DNA of 62,965 bases, the filler included, from Choristocarpus tenellus KU-1152 (lineage: Eukaryota; Protista; Phaeophyceae): assembly GCA_964200185.2 (NCBI GenBank). It is 11 parts of 11 records of this genome, joined end to end, with 100 filler letters (N's around TTAATTAATTAA, not from the genome) between each part and the next. Parts side by side here need not be neighbours in the genome. Positions count along the whole stretch, not along the records: positions 34,265 to 43,551 come from CAXNAD020003815.1; positions 43,652 to 54,771 come from CAXNAD020002496.1; 9 more parts are not named here. One strand, 5' to 3'. The translations under genes and the position numbers were made by a program. Positions 40,401 to 52,048 of the stretch are shown piece after piece; positions within the stretch are counted from its first letter, which is position 1, and each line of letters begins with the position of its first letter. The notes beneath the pieces were generated by a model. It worked only from the letters and a program-made list of their open reading frames with translations. It was not told where the DNA came from and searched no databases.

Positions 40401-42340
40401 TACCTGGGATAATAGGTAGTCTTGATACAACCTGTTGCAAGCACCAGGAAGAAAAATGCATAAACGTCAAGCCATCAAGATCCACACATTACACCCCACC
40501 TAAAGTCAAAAATGTACTGTCTTCACTCCTCCTTTAAGTTCATTGCACCCATTCTCCTGGGCGTATCACTCTGCAAATCACACAAATAGTATGTTTCATG
40601 GACTCATCTGTCCCACCATTTGCCAGAGCCCTGCAAATTCCAGTTAAAACACTCAGATGTGTCGAAACCTACGCCAATGTATCTTACCATTGCACAACAA
40701 GATGAGATTCATCACCAAATCTGCACAAACACATATGCACACACACTGCATCCAACAAATTACAGCATCAAGAGCATTGACACATCCCTCTCTTCCCTCA
40801 TCACCATTGTATACCCCCATTATAACCATTCACTTGCGAATTTTGGTCAACAGCATGCGTAACTCATTCTAGGTTGCCTATATGCTACCCACCTCCTTGG
40901 GCGATGCCCCAATGAGGTCAGCAACCTGTTCCCGTGCCTTTTCCACAACAGCCTCACTCTCCCAGCCATAAGCATGTGTACGTGAATGTGGGTTACCATA
41001 CCTCTCCAAGTGAAATTCCATCATCGCATCCAATGCCCGTGGATCCAAGGGGGTTGTTGACTGCATGTCCTGCTCTCAGTCAGGACCATATGAAGTAGGA
41101 TCAGGTTGAAGTGACTGGCTGATTCAGTGTGTGAGACTTCATGGGTTGACATGGAATTGCAGCATGCTAGGCACACATAATGTGCCTAGAATCACAACAT
41201 GCAAAATCAGGTGTGTTCAGATAGCAAATGGGGGCTAAAATGTTGTACTTCAATGCTTCCACCATCAGTGTATGGGGTAAATGGGAGAAGGGGAAGGGGC
41301 CAAGTAAAAATAGTTAATCGAGGGGCCTTCCATGCATGCTGACACCTTAGGCCCGAAGGTTCTGCTCATCCTAAAGATGCAGGGCAACATGGCATGAAGT
41401 ACCATTGATTCCTCTCATGTGAGTCTCATGTGCCCCCAGGGCTGTGACCAAGCTCTCCTGAACAGAACAGGACACAAGAGTTGCACGCTCGAGGCAATAC
41501 GAGAGTTGTAGCTGAACCACCCAGATTCATATAGGATTGATTTCCCTAGTGACTTCTCAGGGTGGAACCTATTGTGCTCGTTAGAGGGGGGTTTATGCTC
41601 ACCAGGTAAGAGGCACGCCCCGCCATTGCCTGTCCCTTGATACTGAAGCCGGGGGAAAATATTTCGTCACTTCCCACTTGGGCCAGTACTTGTTCAGGGA
41701 CTTCGTTTGCTGGGGCATACCGCTTGTCCTTCTCCATCTTATCGTATGTGGTGCTGCTACGGGGGGTCACACCTGCCGACGCGTAGGGTACATGAGACAT
41801 CGACACAAGGGTGCAACGTAGAAGGGCACATGTCGAGTCAGGTTTCAGTGAGAGAGATCAATTAGGGCCATTCATTACTTCCAGCCAAGAAGATGACGTC
41901 CTATGCAAGGGTGTTTGAAGGACAAGTTCTGAGTGAAAGATCGGACTTGAACTAAAGTGATGATCAAGGCCCTTTTTGTATTCCATGTGTTTAATGTAAC
42001 ATAGGGGTGGAGACCTAGTTGGTAGCTGAGGGGTCAAGGACATGATTAGTTCTAGATCCATACGCCTTATGTCGACGATGACCTCAATTTATCTCGCGCT
42101 GCAAGTTCAATTCGCACCTTATACTGTTCCCAATCCCATCATCAGGCAAAACGAAGGTCAGACCAGTCACAACATGACATTTGCGTACCTCTAATAAACT
42201 TCGATTAGCCAACAAGTAACGTTAACACTCACTCCAGCCTCACCGTCAGATGTGGACGCCAGGCCACGACAAATGACAGGTCCCGTTCTTACCCCTAATC
42301 TGCCGCCCCCAAAGCCCAACCGCAGCAGGGACTGCACCAT
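34481..42340 (-). CDS. NFS1: Mitochondrial cysteine desulfurase NFS1/IscS; 7 exons, 3' part beyond the contig end
   Basis: Exons 42340-42244, 41772-41603, 41069-40893, 40312-40157, 37327-37124, 35295-35239 and 34573-34481 join in frame. Motifs: [69 protein letters not shown] (PLP lysine), GGGQER. Presequence-like N-terminus. Confidence 0.97.
38062..39750 (-). mobile_element. Decayed plant-type (DD39D-group) Tc1/mariner transposon in NFS1 intron 4
   Basis: [47 protein letters not shown] and GDNVFKI blocks with stops and frameshifts. TA plus CTTTCCTCCGTTC at 38062 resembles the CTCCCTCCGT terminus. The other end is approximate. Confidence 0.9.
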
Positions 42341-44103
42341 CTTCGAGATAAGTATAGCCGGTCAATTAACTGATGCTGTTCTGGCTAAGTTCTATAAACT
42401 GCTCAACCCACTTGGGACCTGAAGCAACCCTAAACTGTCGTGGACAACACAACCAGTGTTGCAATGGGTCAAGTGTTAGGGACCGACGTGGAAAACGTGT
42501 CATATCACTACAAACTCTGCTAAGAAAAAACCCTCTCTTCTAGTAGTCTACTATTAGTCATTTTTGTTATAAATAGGTTAGTGTTATTCGTGTCTACTTA
42601 CTACCATTAAAATAGGTATAGTTCTATGGAGAATGATCAAAATGACAAAATCACTTCACCAAGCTACTAACCTCTCTATCCATCCAAACTTGCAAATAAA
42701 AAACGTGATTTATTTGGGCATATTATTAGAGAATTGTTGGCGTTTGACAATGGTTATATACTTAAATGTGGGATTCACCCAAACCTCCCACAATCGATAC
42801 ACACCCTTCTAATAATACTGGTTTATTTCCCCAACAAACATTATTAGTGTAAATTTCTGTTTGATTGATAGATCACAGAAAGCTTGGGGTTTTCGCCAAT
42901 CAATACGGCCAAACGACCGGCGAGAGTCAACATAACATGACCACTTACCCCTAATTAACGCCATTCAAATCAACAATAGTGACAATGCGATACGTTCACA
43001 CTTAAAGTGCACTACCAACCGCATGACTATATAGGCACTTACTCGGTCAAATGTTCTCCATCCCAGGTCGAATCGACAAATCAGAGTGGGGGAATGATGG
43101 TCAAGCCATCGGGTTCCTCGTGAAGAGTAGGCCCTGTTGGACATGCCAATGCCAGCAATCTATCCAGCATAACTAACCATAGCGCCAGTCAAAAAGTAGG
43201 TCTCTTCAATCGGTAGTTGATAGAATCTGGTAGGTGAACACGACTTTGCAACTTGACAACCATGTCCAGAATACAACTTCATCCCTCCATAACTTAGGTA
43301 ACTTCATTTTCGTGAGTTTATGCACCGTCACCGTTCCTAGTAACACCTCTAAAACATCCTCTTCAGATTTTTTAGCAAGGATGATAACCTGTCACACTCG
43401 CAAAAATTATGTTTTATATAGCACTGTCAAGATTATGCTTGACCATTTATGAGAATATGATTGGAAGTATTATTTTATATACGCACAGAAGATAATGCGG
43501 AACATTCGGGATATTTAGGCGGGGTATTTGATCGGAAGAAACCGACGGACTNNNNNNNNNNNNNNNNNNNNNNNNNNNNNNNNNNNNNNNNNNNNTTAAT
43601 TAATTAANNNNNNNNNNNNNNNNNNNNNNNNNNNNNNNNNNNNNNNNNNNNGTGACACTCGTCGGGTCCTTTTCCAGGGAGAACCAGTTCCACCCCCAAG
43701 TTCAACTACTTGTGAGGTGACCACATTACAGGCACAGTTCGGGGACTCTGTGCCATCGTACGTCGTGCACCACGTTAACGAGTGCGCCAGGACAAACACT
43801 GTGCCTCCTGGATGGCTTCTGGACCTTATGAAGCTTCATGCTCGGGGAATGGACTCCGATCACGTAAGAGCTGTTGAACAAAGTAGCAGCGTCGCACGCC
43901 CATCAATACCAGAAGCCAGTCGTTTCATGTTTTCCGCTTCAGAAATACCATCTGGTCTTGTCATTTTAGGTTCGGGAGAGGAAAATTTACCACTCTTGTT
44001 TTCCAAATGGCATGTGGCGATTTCCTTGCACTCTAGGCAGTATGGTACCGCATCCCCTGAGACAATCAATGCTCGATGTGTAGATTTTTTACCGAAAATT
44101 CTT

Positions 44104-44359
44104 GAGCCAAAGTATCTTAGAGGCTAGGGCCGTGTCCATTTGGGGGTCAAAATCCAATGTTGCGTTTTTGATGTAATTTTGGCTATCTTGTTTTTAGTAT
44201 GTGTCAATATCCTTGTTCCGGACACACCTTTTCATAACATACATTTTACGTACTCCAAAATAATTTGGAGTAGGAAAATGTCCTAGAAAAACCCATGGGA
44301 AGCCAATCCCCAAATGGACAAACAGGGCAATACTCATACCCTCTAAGATACTTTCATTC
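44104..44359 (+). mobile_element. MITE copy at the breakpoint truncating gypsy copy 1
   Basis: Full TIRs; no matching TSD (TCTT/ACTA). Confidence 0.93.
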
Positions 44360-44446
44360 ACTAGGGTGAATTTCCTACCCCAAATGTAGGAGCGGAAGTG
44401 TTCTACAGCCCACAAGATGGCCATGCATTCCCTTTCAGTGGGTGCT

Positions 44447-44759
44447 TGTTGAAACCTGATCAATGTACAACTGTCATCTTCTGGTGATATGGAGAAAGAG
44501 TGAAAGAAAAACGAACAACAGAACAACAGAACAAAAATTGAACCAATATGTGATGCAACTAAAGTGATGTACACTACACTATTTGAGTGGAACGCAGAGC
44601 GACTGTTCTGTACTAAGGTGTTCTGATTGTAGTGGATGCGGTGATGACGAACTAGTGAAAGTAACGTCCAAAACGCAACAGACCAATCAACAGTCAGTGT
44701 TGACTGATGGAACTGTATCGTATCAAGGAACAAACAGATGAGTAGCCTATGTTTTAACA
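44447..44759. mobile_element. Solo LTR (313 bp) inserted in the gypsy RNase H
   Basis: TGTTGAAAC...GTTTTAACA inverted ends; 5-bp TSD GTGCT/GTCCT. It splits YASH from TEREC. Confidence 0.85.
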
Positions 44760-47700
44760 GTCCTCGCTCCTACTGTCTGTTTTAGACTATCTATGGCTAG
44801 CATATGCTATGACATGTTCTTGGTCATCATCCTGTACCTGGGTCAGTGTTGCTCCAGCCCCTTCCTCACTAGCATCTGTACGGAGGAGGAACGGCTTATC
44901 CCAGTCAGGAAAGACTAGGATTGGTGGAGAGACCAGACGCACCTTGAGTTCTTCGAAGGCTTTCTGCCCCTCGGGTCCAAGGGATACTCTTCTTCCTGTC
45001 TCTTTTGGAAGCATACCCTTTACTCCGGAGGATGTCCGTCAGAGGTGCAGCTACTTGGCCAGGGTTTGGAACAAACTGTCGCATGTATCCTGTCATGCCT
45101 AGGAAACTTCTTTAACTGCTCAACTGTAGATGGGGAATCAAGCTTTGCTACTGCTATCATTTTTAATGGAGCAGGACTCAAGCCATCTCTACCTACCTTC
45201 ATTCCTAAAAATTCTTGCGAGGGCATGCACCACGAGGATTTGGGAAAGTTCACAGACAGGCCGTATTGCTTGAGTCTGGTAAGAAGGAGGCGAAGTTTGT
45301 TCATTTGCTCATCAAATGATGAGCTATAGCAAAAAATATCGTCTAGCCAGTTTTCTCAACCGTTTCCTTTGAGATCTCCTAAAGCCTCTCTCATGTAACT
45401 AGACAATACTGCAGGTAAGATTTTCAACCCAAGGCCACACCTGTTATATTCCCAAAGTTGTCCATGAGCGTCATGGAAGGCTGTCTTATGTTTGTCTACC
45501 TCTGCGATTTCTAGTTGAAAGAATCCCGATGCTAGATCTATGGCAGTAAAATAGCTAGAACCCTTAAGCTTTTCGAAGATGCTGGTGATGTTCCCAAGAC
45601 CTCCACTATCACTACGCGAGAGATCATTAAGCATCCTATAGTCTGTGCATAACCTCAGGGTCCCATCTTCTTACGTACTGCTACTACCACTGCTGCACAT
45701 ACTGAGGTGGAGGGTCTGATAATACCACGTTCCTGCAACTGCTTAACCTCGGCCTGAATCATCTGCATTTCTTCAGGAGAACAGTGCCTTTGTTTCGCTG
45801 CTTAGGGTGTGGAGTTCTCGTCTAATAGTGGTATATGTAGTACTCCTCTAGAGCATGGGGAGACTCGTTTGGGATCTTCAGGGAATACCCCTAAATTTCT
45901 AAATTCTTCCAACAATTCCACCAACTATTTCTTCTGCCCTTGTGCCAGCTGTCCCATATTGGCATCGCTGAGGCTCACTGATTGATGTCGGACCCCCTTG
46001 GTTTCACCTGAAGGGGTGTCTTCTTCCTCTGCTACCGGGCAGTCACCAGTCCCGTCTGCTTCTGGGGGATGCCTTGTCTGAGAAATAGTCGTGGCAAGCA
46101 GAACGTGTGCTTTTTGAGGGTCTTTGGGGGAATGGGCTAGTGACTGAAAGAGTGCAACCACCCTCTCTGTATCCTGAGTATTCAGAGCAATCGCCTTTGC
46201 AACTGGCAGTCCTGCCTGGACACTACTGGGCTTACTGCACGTATTTACCAACTTGCAATAAATGGGGGTTCCTGGGTTCCACCATTTTACACCTCTGGCA
46301 ATTCCGACAGCATTCCCTAATTCCAAGTTATACTCAGATAAGGATTCAATCACCACCAACTGTCTGGATTGTGGTTATGCCCCCTTAACAAATCCTTTGC
46401 AGACTTTGCTGACAAACCCTTCTACGTATTCTACTTCTGACAGACGCAATTCCCATTGCAGAGTTCCATCGTCCTCCCACGCTACCTCTACCGGAAGGGG
46501 TACTACACCTGGACTCTCCAATGATGATGGGGTCAGAGGATCCTTGTCCAGGGTAAGATCTATTGTGGCGATTCCTGCCTCTGGATCCGTATCTTGGGTG
46601 CCTGCTTCTGGGTCTACATAAACAAAAGTTGCATGTTCCTTCTCTGGTGGCGTATGTTCACCAGTTAGAGTACTAGTACATCTTGGGAATCTAGGGAGTG
46701 CGTCAGGGGGGGGTTCTCTACATCCAGCTGATCTGGGGTTATTAAGAGGCAGTCTGTGGTACTTGGATGGTCGGGTTGCGGGTGTCATTGATGCTTGCCA
46801 CTCTCCTAGGGCTGACAGGGGTGCATTGTTATCACAAGATCGGGGTGTCACAGCTCGAACAAAAGGGATCCATGGTGAGTTTGGAGCTGGTCGAAAGCCT
46901 TCCCCCTCTCTAAATGACAGTATGCTCTTGTTCTGCCGACAGAATGCGGCTCCTAGAACAATCTCGTAAGGTGAGCCTTCCACTACTCTAAATGTCACAT
47001 TGCGCACTCTATCCTCTGGGGGAAACAATATTGGCAGTATGCAGAATCCTAGTACCTGCATAGGTGGAATACTGCATCCTTTCGGATTTGCCGCATGCAA
47101 CGTTCCTTTACCGGTTTGGTTAAGGTGTGGTAGGCCGGTGTTACCTCCCCAGAGAGTAGTACTGCGCCAAAAAGCAGACGAAATGTAGCTCCCACCTGCA
47201 CCTGTGTCAAGGAGTATCTGTACAGGCATTCTCGAGCGGACTTTGCGAGGGTGCCACAGCAATGCGGATAGCCATACTTGACTAGTTCGTTGGGCAGTTG
47301 ACATAGTGGATATTGTTGAGGTAGGTGTGGGGGTCATGCTTCCTATGGCTACAGTGGCTAAGTTCCCTGGAGCTGAAGACTCCAGGGCGCACCCTCGGGG
47401 CAACTCGAGTACTTCAGAATCGGTCGGGCTGCTTGCAAATAGTGGTGGAAACTCAAGTCCTGCATCACGGCAACGTAATGCAAATGGAAGTCTCTCAAAG
47501 CTACCATCGTACGCGACTCATTCGCTGGGGTAGTACTCTTTGCTTATCTTGGGAAAGATATGCAAAGTAACCCTTAGGTACTACCGAGTCATCGTGAGTA
47601 TACCTGCACCTGCGACTGATAGACTTGAAGCAGTCGTGACCAAAAGCATGATGGAAACAAACTCGATGTGCCTTGAGTCACTCGACAACCTCATCTTGGG

Positions 47701-49035
47701 AAGCAGATGGTGAAGGTAAACCCTTACCCGAATGGTGTCGACCTGCATCGCTTGCTCTGTCTGTGGTTAAAGAGGACATGGATCGGGGCACAGACTGGGT
47801 GGCGGGTGTTGCTGGGCGAACGGGCGCGGACGCATTGCTCTTAGAAACGAACGTGGTCCCATGTTTCCTAGGAACAGAAGCAGGTTGGTTTGTCAACGCA
47901 GCACAGACAGTGGGCAGGGGGTTTTGGGACAAAATAAGTTGGAGCATCGGTGTGAGGGCCGCCAGCACACTGTTGACCACCTCTTGATGTGGTGGTGGAT
48001 TCTGGCTTGGCACCTCCCGCGGCAAGGATGTCCTGCTATGTTGGGGTAGTTCCAGTTCCGATCTGCCTATCGGAGTTTCAACTGGGACAGACAAAGGGTC
48101 GGACATGCTTGCAAACATAGCACGAGTGTTAGCCATGCTACCTAAAGCAGTAGGTGTCTTATCTTTGCACAACGCAGATTTTGTAGCATTTCGATTGGTT
48201 GGGACAAATGCGTACTGGTCGCTACGATTGGATAATTCTTCGATAAGGTCGTCAAAGATCCGTTCTGCTTTAATTCCCCGCTGCACCATTTCATCTCCTA
48301 AAGGATTATTCTGGGAAATTGCCTGTGGGCGAATTGGGAAATCTCCTTTCGAAATGAAAATGCCATCGACTGTACTCCAATCTGATCTACAACATTGGGA
48401 AGAAGAATAGGAAGAGCTCATTCGTATAGATCAATGAGAGTTGGTCTTCAGCTATATACCTCCAAAAGAAAGGTGTCTCGCAAACATGAGGCATCCGCAA
48501 ATCTACGGTGTATGCTCGATCATTTAAGACAAGCCGGTTGGCTGCAGCTTTCCACGATTCTCCTCTCTCGGTACTTACGGCATTCTTTGACTGACTATAC
48601 GAAAGAGTGCATTCTCTCACCAGGATACGAACCCACTCAGTCGCTGCCATGTCTTCCTGAGGAACCCGAAGGAGTTGTCCGGTGACGATTGGGACTTCCA
48701 CTGTAGATGAATCGCTTAGGAGATCACTGTGAGTCCTAAGAGAGTCAGACAGTAGTTGCTCAAGAAGCTCGATGCGGAAAGGGGAAGGGTATCACTACGT
48801 GGACGTGATGATTACGATAGTGGACATAATCTTTGGGTAAGGCCCACGATCCTCCTTGAACCCTCCCTAATACCTTGGTAAGAGCGTCGGCGAAAAAAAC
48901 GGGATTGTTTGACATGGTTGGGGCGGAGTTATCTGCAGGTACTCCAAGAAAGACGGGGCCGTTGGCAGGGTCTCCGAGTTTCTTTTGAATATGTTCCATG
49001 GTCTTAACACAGTCTTGATGATAATGCATGTCGAG

Positions 49036-49293
49036 GAGTCAAAGTATCTTAGAGGGTAGAGCCACGTCCGTTTGGGGACCAACACCCAATGTTGCGATTT
49101 TGATGTAGTTTTGTCTATCGTGTTTGTTAGGAAGTATCAAGACCCTTGTTCCGGACGCACCTTTTCATAACATACACATTTTACCTACTCCGAAATGTTT
49201 CGGAGTAGGAAAATGTCATAAAAATACCGTGGGAAGTCAAGTCCCAAATGGACAAACTGGGCAAAACTCGTACCCTATGAGATACTTTCACTC
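49036..49293 (+). mobile_element. MITE copy inside the gypsy copy 1 gag
   Basis: Full TIRs; flanks CGAG/CAAG. The empty paralogous site near 53515-53530 supports a 4-bp duplication. Confidence 0.95.
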
Positions 49294-50169
49294 CAAGGTT
49301 GCGAGAGGCTCTGTCTCGCTGCTCTCTACCAGATTGTGACTCATTCGACTCAGCTCGTGTACGCAGCTCATGAATTTATCTTCGTAACAGTGCCTCAACT
49401 TCTCTGGACCGACATACCACACTCACGCTATTCCTCCGAGGTGGTCTGGGTGATACAGACCTGTGTGAAGAACAGTAATCACTGGTCCGACAGTGACAAC
49501 GCGGTGAACGGGTGCGGCCTCTGCATTCTTCTCTGGTCCTCCGTCTTTGTCGATGAGAGCACCTGTCCCGGGATCTTGACCTGGAGCGAGATCTGCCACA
49601 AGTGGAAGACCGAAAACGAACATGCTCTCTGTGCCTGCCTCGACGTTCAGCAGCGTGGACACGGTTGCGACCAGAATTGCCTTGAGTTGTGGTACTGGGC
49701 TGGAATCTCTCGGAATCATCGATTCCTTGGAGGATCTGTAGGTCGGAGGCGACCTCAACTTCTCGTGAATACTGCGAGCCAGACATGTTTGTGAATCTGG
49801 GGGATAAAGGGCAAGATGGCAACCAAAAGAGAACAGAAATGTGTGAGTAAAGGAATGCAGAACAATTGACTACCTAGGCAACGTCTCGACCATGGTGATC
49901 AAAGACCATCCATTTTATGACTATAAGCGAATGATGTGGCAATCAGAGGCCACTCGTTTTTCCGGCTATAGAAGGCTTACTCCCTCGGAACCACAGAAGC
50001 CATCACCCCCATGAATATGGCGAGGCCAAGGAGGCAATCCCGTAGACAACGAATGAAGACCTCAAACCCAAGTGGGAACAGAAAAGAATCTAGGCGGGCG
50101 TAGGAAGCTACAAAGAATCCTAAGTGTTGAGGTGAATACGGAGTATTCTCTGCAGTTTGGAGAGAGACA

Positions 50170-50181
50170 GTAGGACCTCCA
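50170..50181 (-). promoter_or_regulatory. Primer-binding site, probably tRNA-Gln
   Basis: TGGAGGTCCTAC directly follows the LTR-terminal CA on the minus strand. Its complement GTAGGACCTCCA resembles eukaryotic tRNA-Gln 3' ends (from memory). Confidence 0.65.
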
Positions 50182-50639
50182 TGTTACAGGCGCCCCTCAG
50201 AACTCACCTCCACAGGATGTACAACTCAAATCCAACGACCTTAAAACGACGCTATGGGGGCGTTGCCCTTTATAACAGTTTGTAGGGTGTCAGGTGTCCT
50301 TCTCTTCTTGATATTCCACTCAGTGCTTTGCTCAAAGCTCGACTCAAAGTTTCGTTCAAGATAAAAAATAAAAACTGGTGCTGGTGCAAGTGGGGTGATG
50401 GATTGACCAAAAACCCTCTTATTATTTTCATCATCCACCCAATTTCTTTAGTCTTCTATCAACTGCTCTATAGGTACTCCAATCATAAACCTTTATTCTG
50501 CAACTTCTTTAGTAACTTTGACATTTTCTTCTGTAATGTTACGTAGGTATTCCGAATCTTACTCTGCATCTTCTACGAAATCATCATTTATTCTGTAAGG
50601 CTACCTATGTGTTACTAATTATCGTATATAATCCGTACT

Positions 50640-50799
50640 TGTCAGAACGCGAGAAACAATCCTCACACTATATATGTCTGTCACAAATGTTCGTATTTCC
50701 TAAATCATGAGGAGAAAATGCTCACGCTATTCACATGTAACAAATGCTCGCACTTCATTGGAACACAAGAAGAAACGCCCGCACTAGTTGCCTGTAACA
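50640..50799 (+). mobile_element. ~160-bp LTR of the gypsy copy 2 family, inverted relative to 54613-54770
   Basis: TGTCAGAA...CCTGTAACA aligns end to end with the reverse complement of 54613-54770. Confidence 0.88.
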
Positions 50800-51670
50800 C
50801 AATATTGTATACTCACACCAAGCTACTTATTGTCCTCTATCAAGGCACACGGTTGACCACCTCAACCGTGGGTCCAGTGTGGAATAATTCAACTCTACGC
50901 TGCTACTGCAGGATCTGGTTGTTGGAACTCTGACAAAAGGTACCCATGGTGACTGTGGGGATGGTCGCAAGCCTTGACCTTCTCTAAATGACAGTACGCT
51001 CTGGAGTTGTCTACAAAATGTTGCTCTTAAAACCATTTCGTAAGGTAGCTCCATCACTATCCCAAATATCACATTTCAAATTTTGTCTTTTGGGGGGAAC
51101 GCTATTGGAAGTTTGCATGACCCCAATACCTGCAGTGGTAGAGAATTGCACCCTCTGGGGTTTGCTGCATGTAAGGTACCTTTGCCTGCTATGTTCAGAT
51201 GTGGTAAATCGTTGTCACCCCCCCAAAGAGTAGTAGTGCTGCGCCAAAAAACAGATGAGAAGTAGTTCCCCCCCCCTGCCTGTGTCAAGGAGTACCTGTA
51301 CAGGCGTGGTACAGGAGTGGACTCTGTGTGGATGCCCTAGCAGGGCAAATATCCATACTTGGCTAGTATAATGGGCAGGTGTCATGGCGAATATTGTCGA
51401 GGCGAGAATGGGTGTCTTACTCTCTATAGTTGGAATGGCAGGGATCCCTGGAGCCTCAGACTCCAGGGTGCTGCTTCAAAACGGCTCTGAAACATCCTAA
51501 TCGGTTGGGCTTCTGGCGAATAGTGGAGGGAGTTCAGAGTCTTGCATCGCTGCTAGGTATTGGAGACGTGTATCTGTTAAGGCTACCATCGTACGCAACT
51601 CTGCAGTGGATTGAGCACCAGGAGATCCTTGGTGAGCTCTGGAAAGGTATGAGAAGTATCCCTTGGGAAC

Positions 51671-52048
51671 TATGCAAAAGAGAACTACTCATATAGTCTT
51701 TGCATTATGTTGTATGAATGTATTTATTAGAGGATCGAGCACTATTCCTTGAGGTGGGGGGGGTGCTCTCTCTTATTATCTTATTGAGCATGTCAGCTGA
51801 CACATCAATATGTGTTCTACCGTTGATCGTACTGTGACACTTATCCTGTGTAGCTACTACTACGTCAGTAAACCTCCATCAATCCATTCACCAGGAAGAA
51901 GGATATCAATCATCTGAGGTTCGAACTCATAATTCTAAGCACACAAAATCAAGTCTATGACACTTGTTCCCCTTAGTCAACATTCCTGCTATTTACTAAG
52001 TGCACTAAACAACTATAAACCATACAGACTACCAGCCTATATTGCACA
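51671..52048. mobile_element. Solo LTR (378 bp) nested in gypsy copy 2
   Basis: Absent from copy 1; perfect 5-bp TSD GGAAC; ends TATGCAA...TTGCACA. Confidence 0.88.

Larger units (their letters stand above)
44360..50639 (-). mobile_element. Ty3/gypsy element copy 1 (putative LTR, PBS, gag, PR, RT, RNase H; integrase missing), decayed
   Basis: Protease ILLDTGAGGSYIS; RT YFTAIDLASGFFQLEI...KTAF...GLK...WLDD...EFLG; RNase H LRTDAS...VIAYASH...TERECMAILWAVEHFRSY. The LTR inner edge is at 50182 and the outer edge is uncertain. Confidence 0.93.

Noticed and set aside
967-42340. Apparent cluster of mitochondrial genes (dehydratase, ClpX, NFS1)
   Set aside because: They lie on separate contigs joined by artificial linkers, so there is no evidence of linkage.
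43030-43395. Exon-like fragments upstream of NFS1
   Set aside because: No coherent spliced frame or recognisable family.
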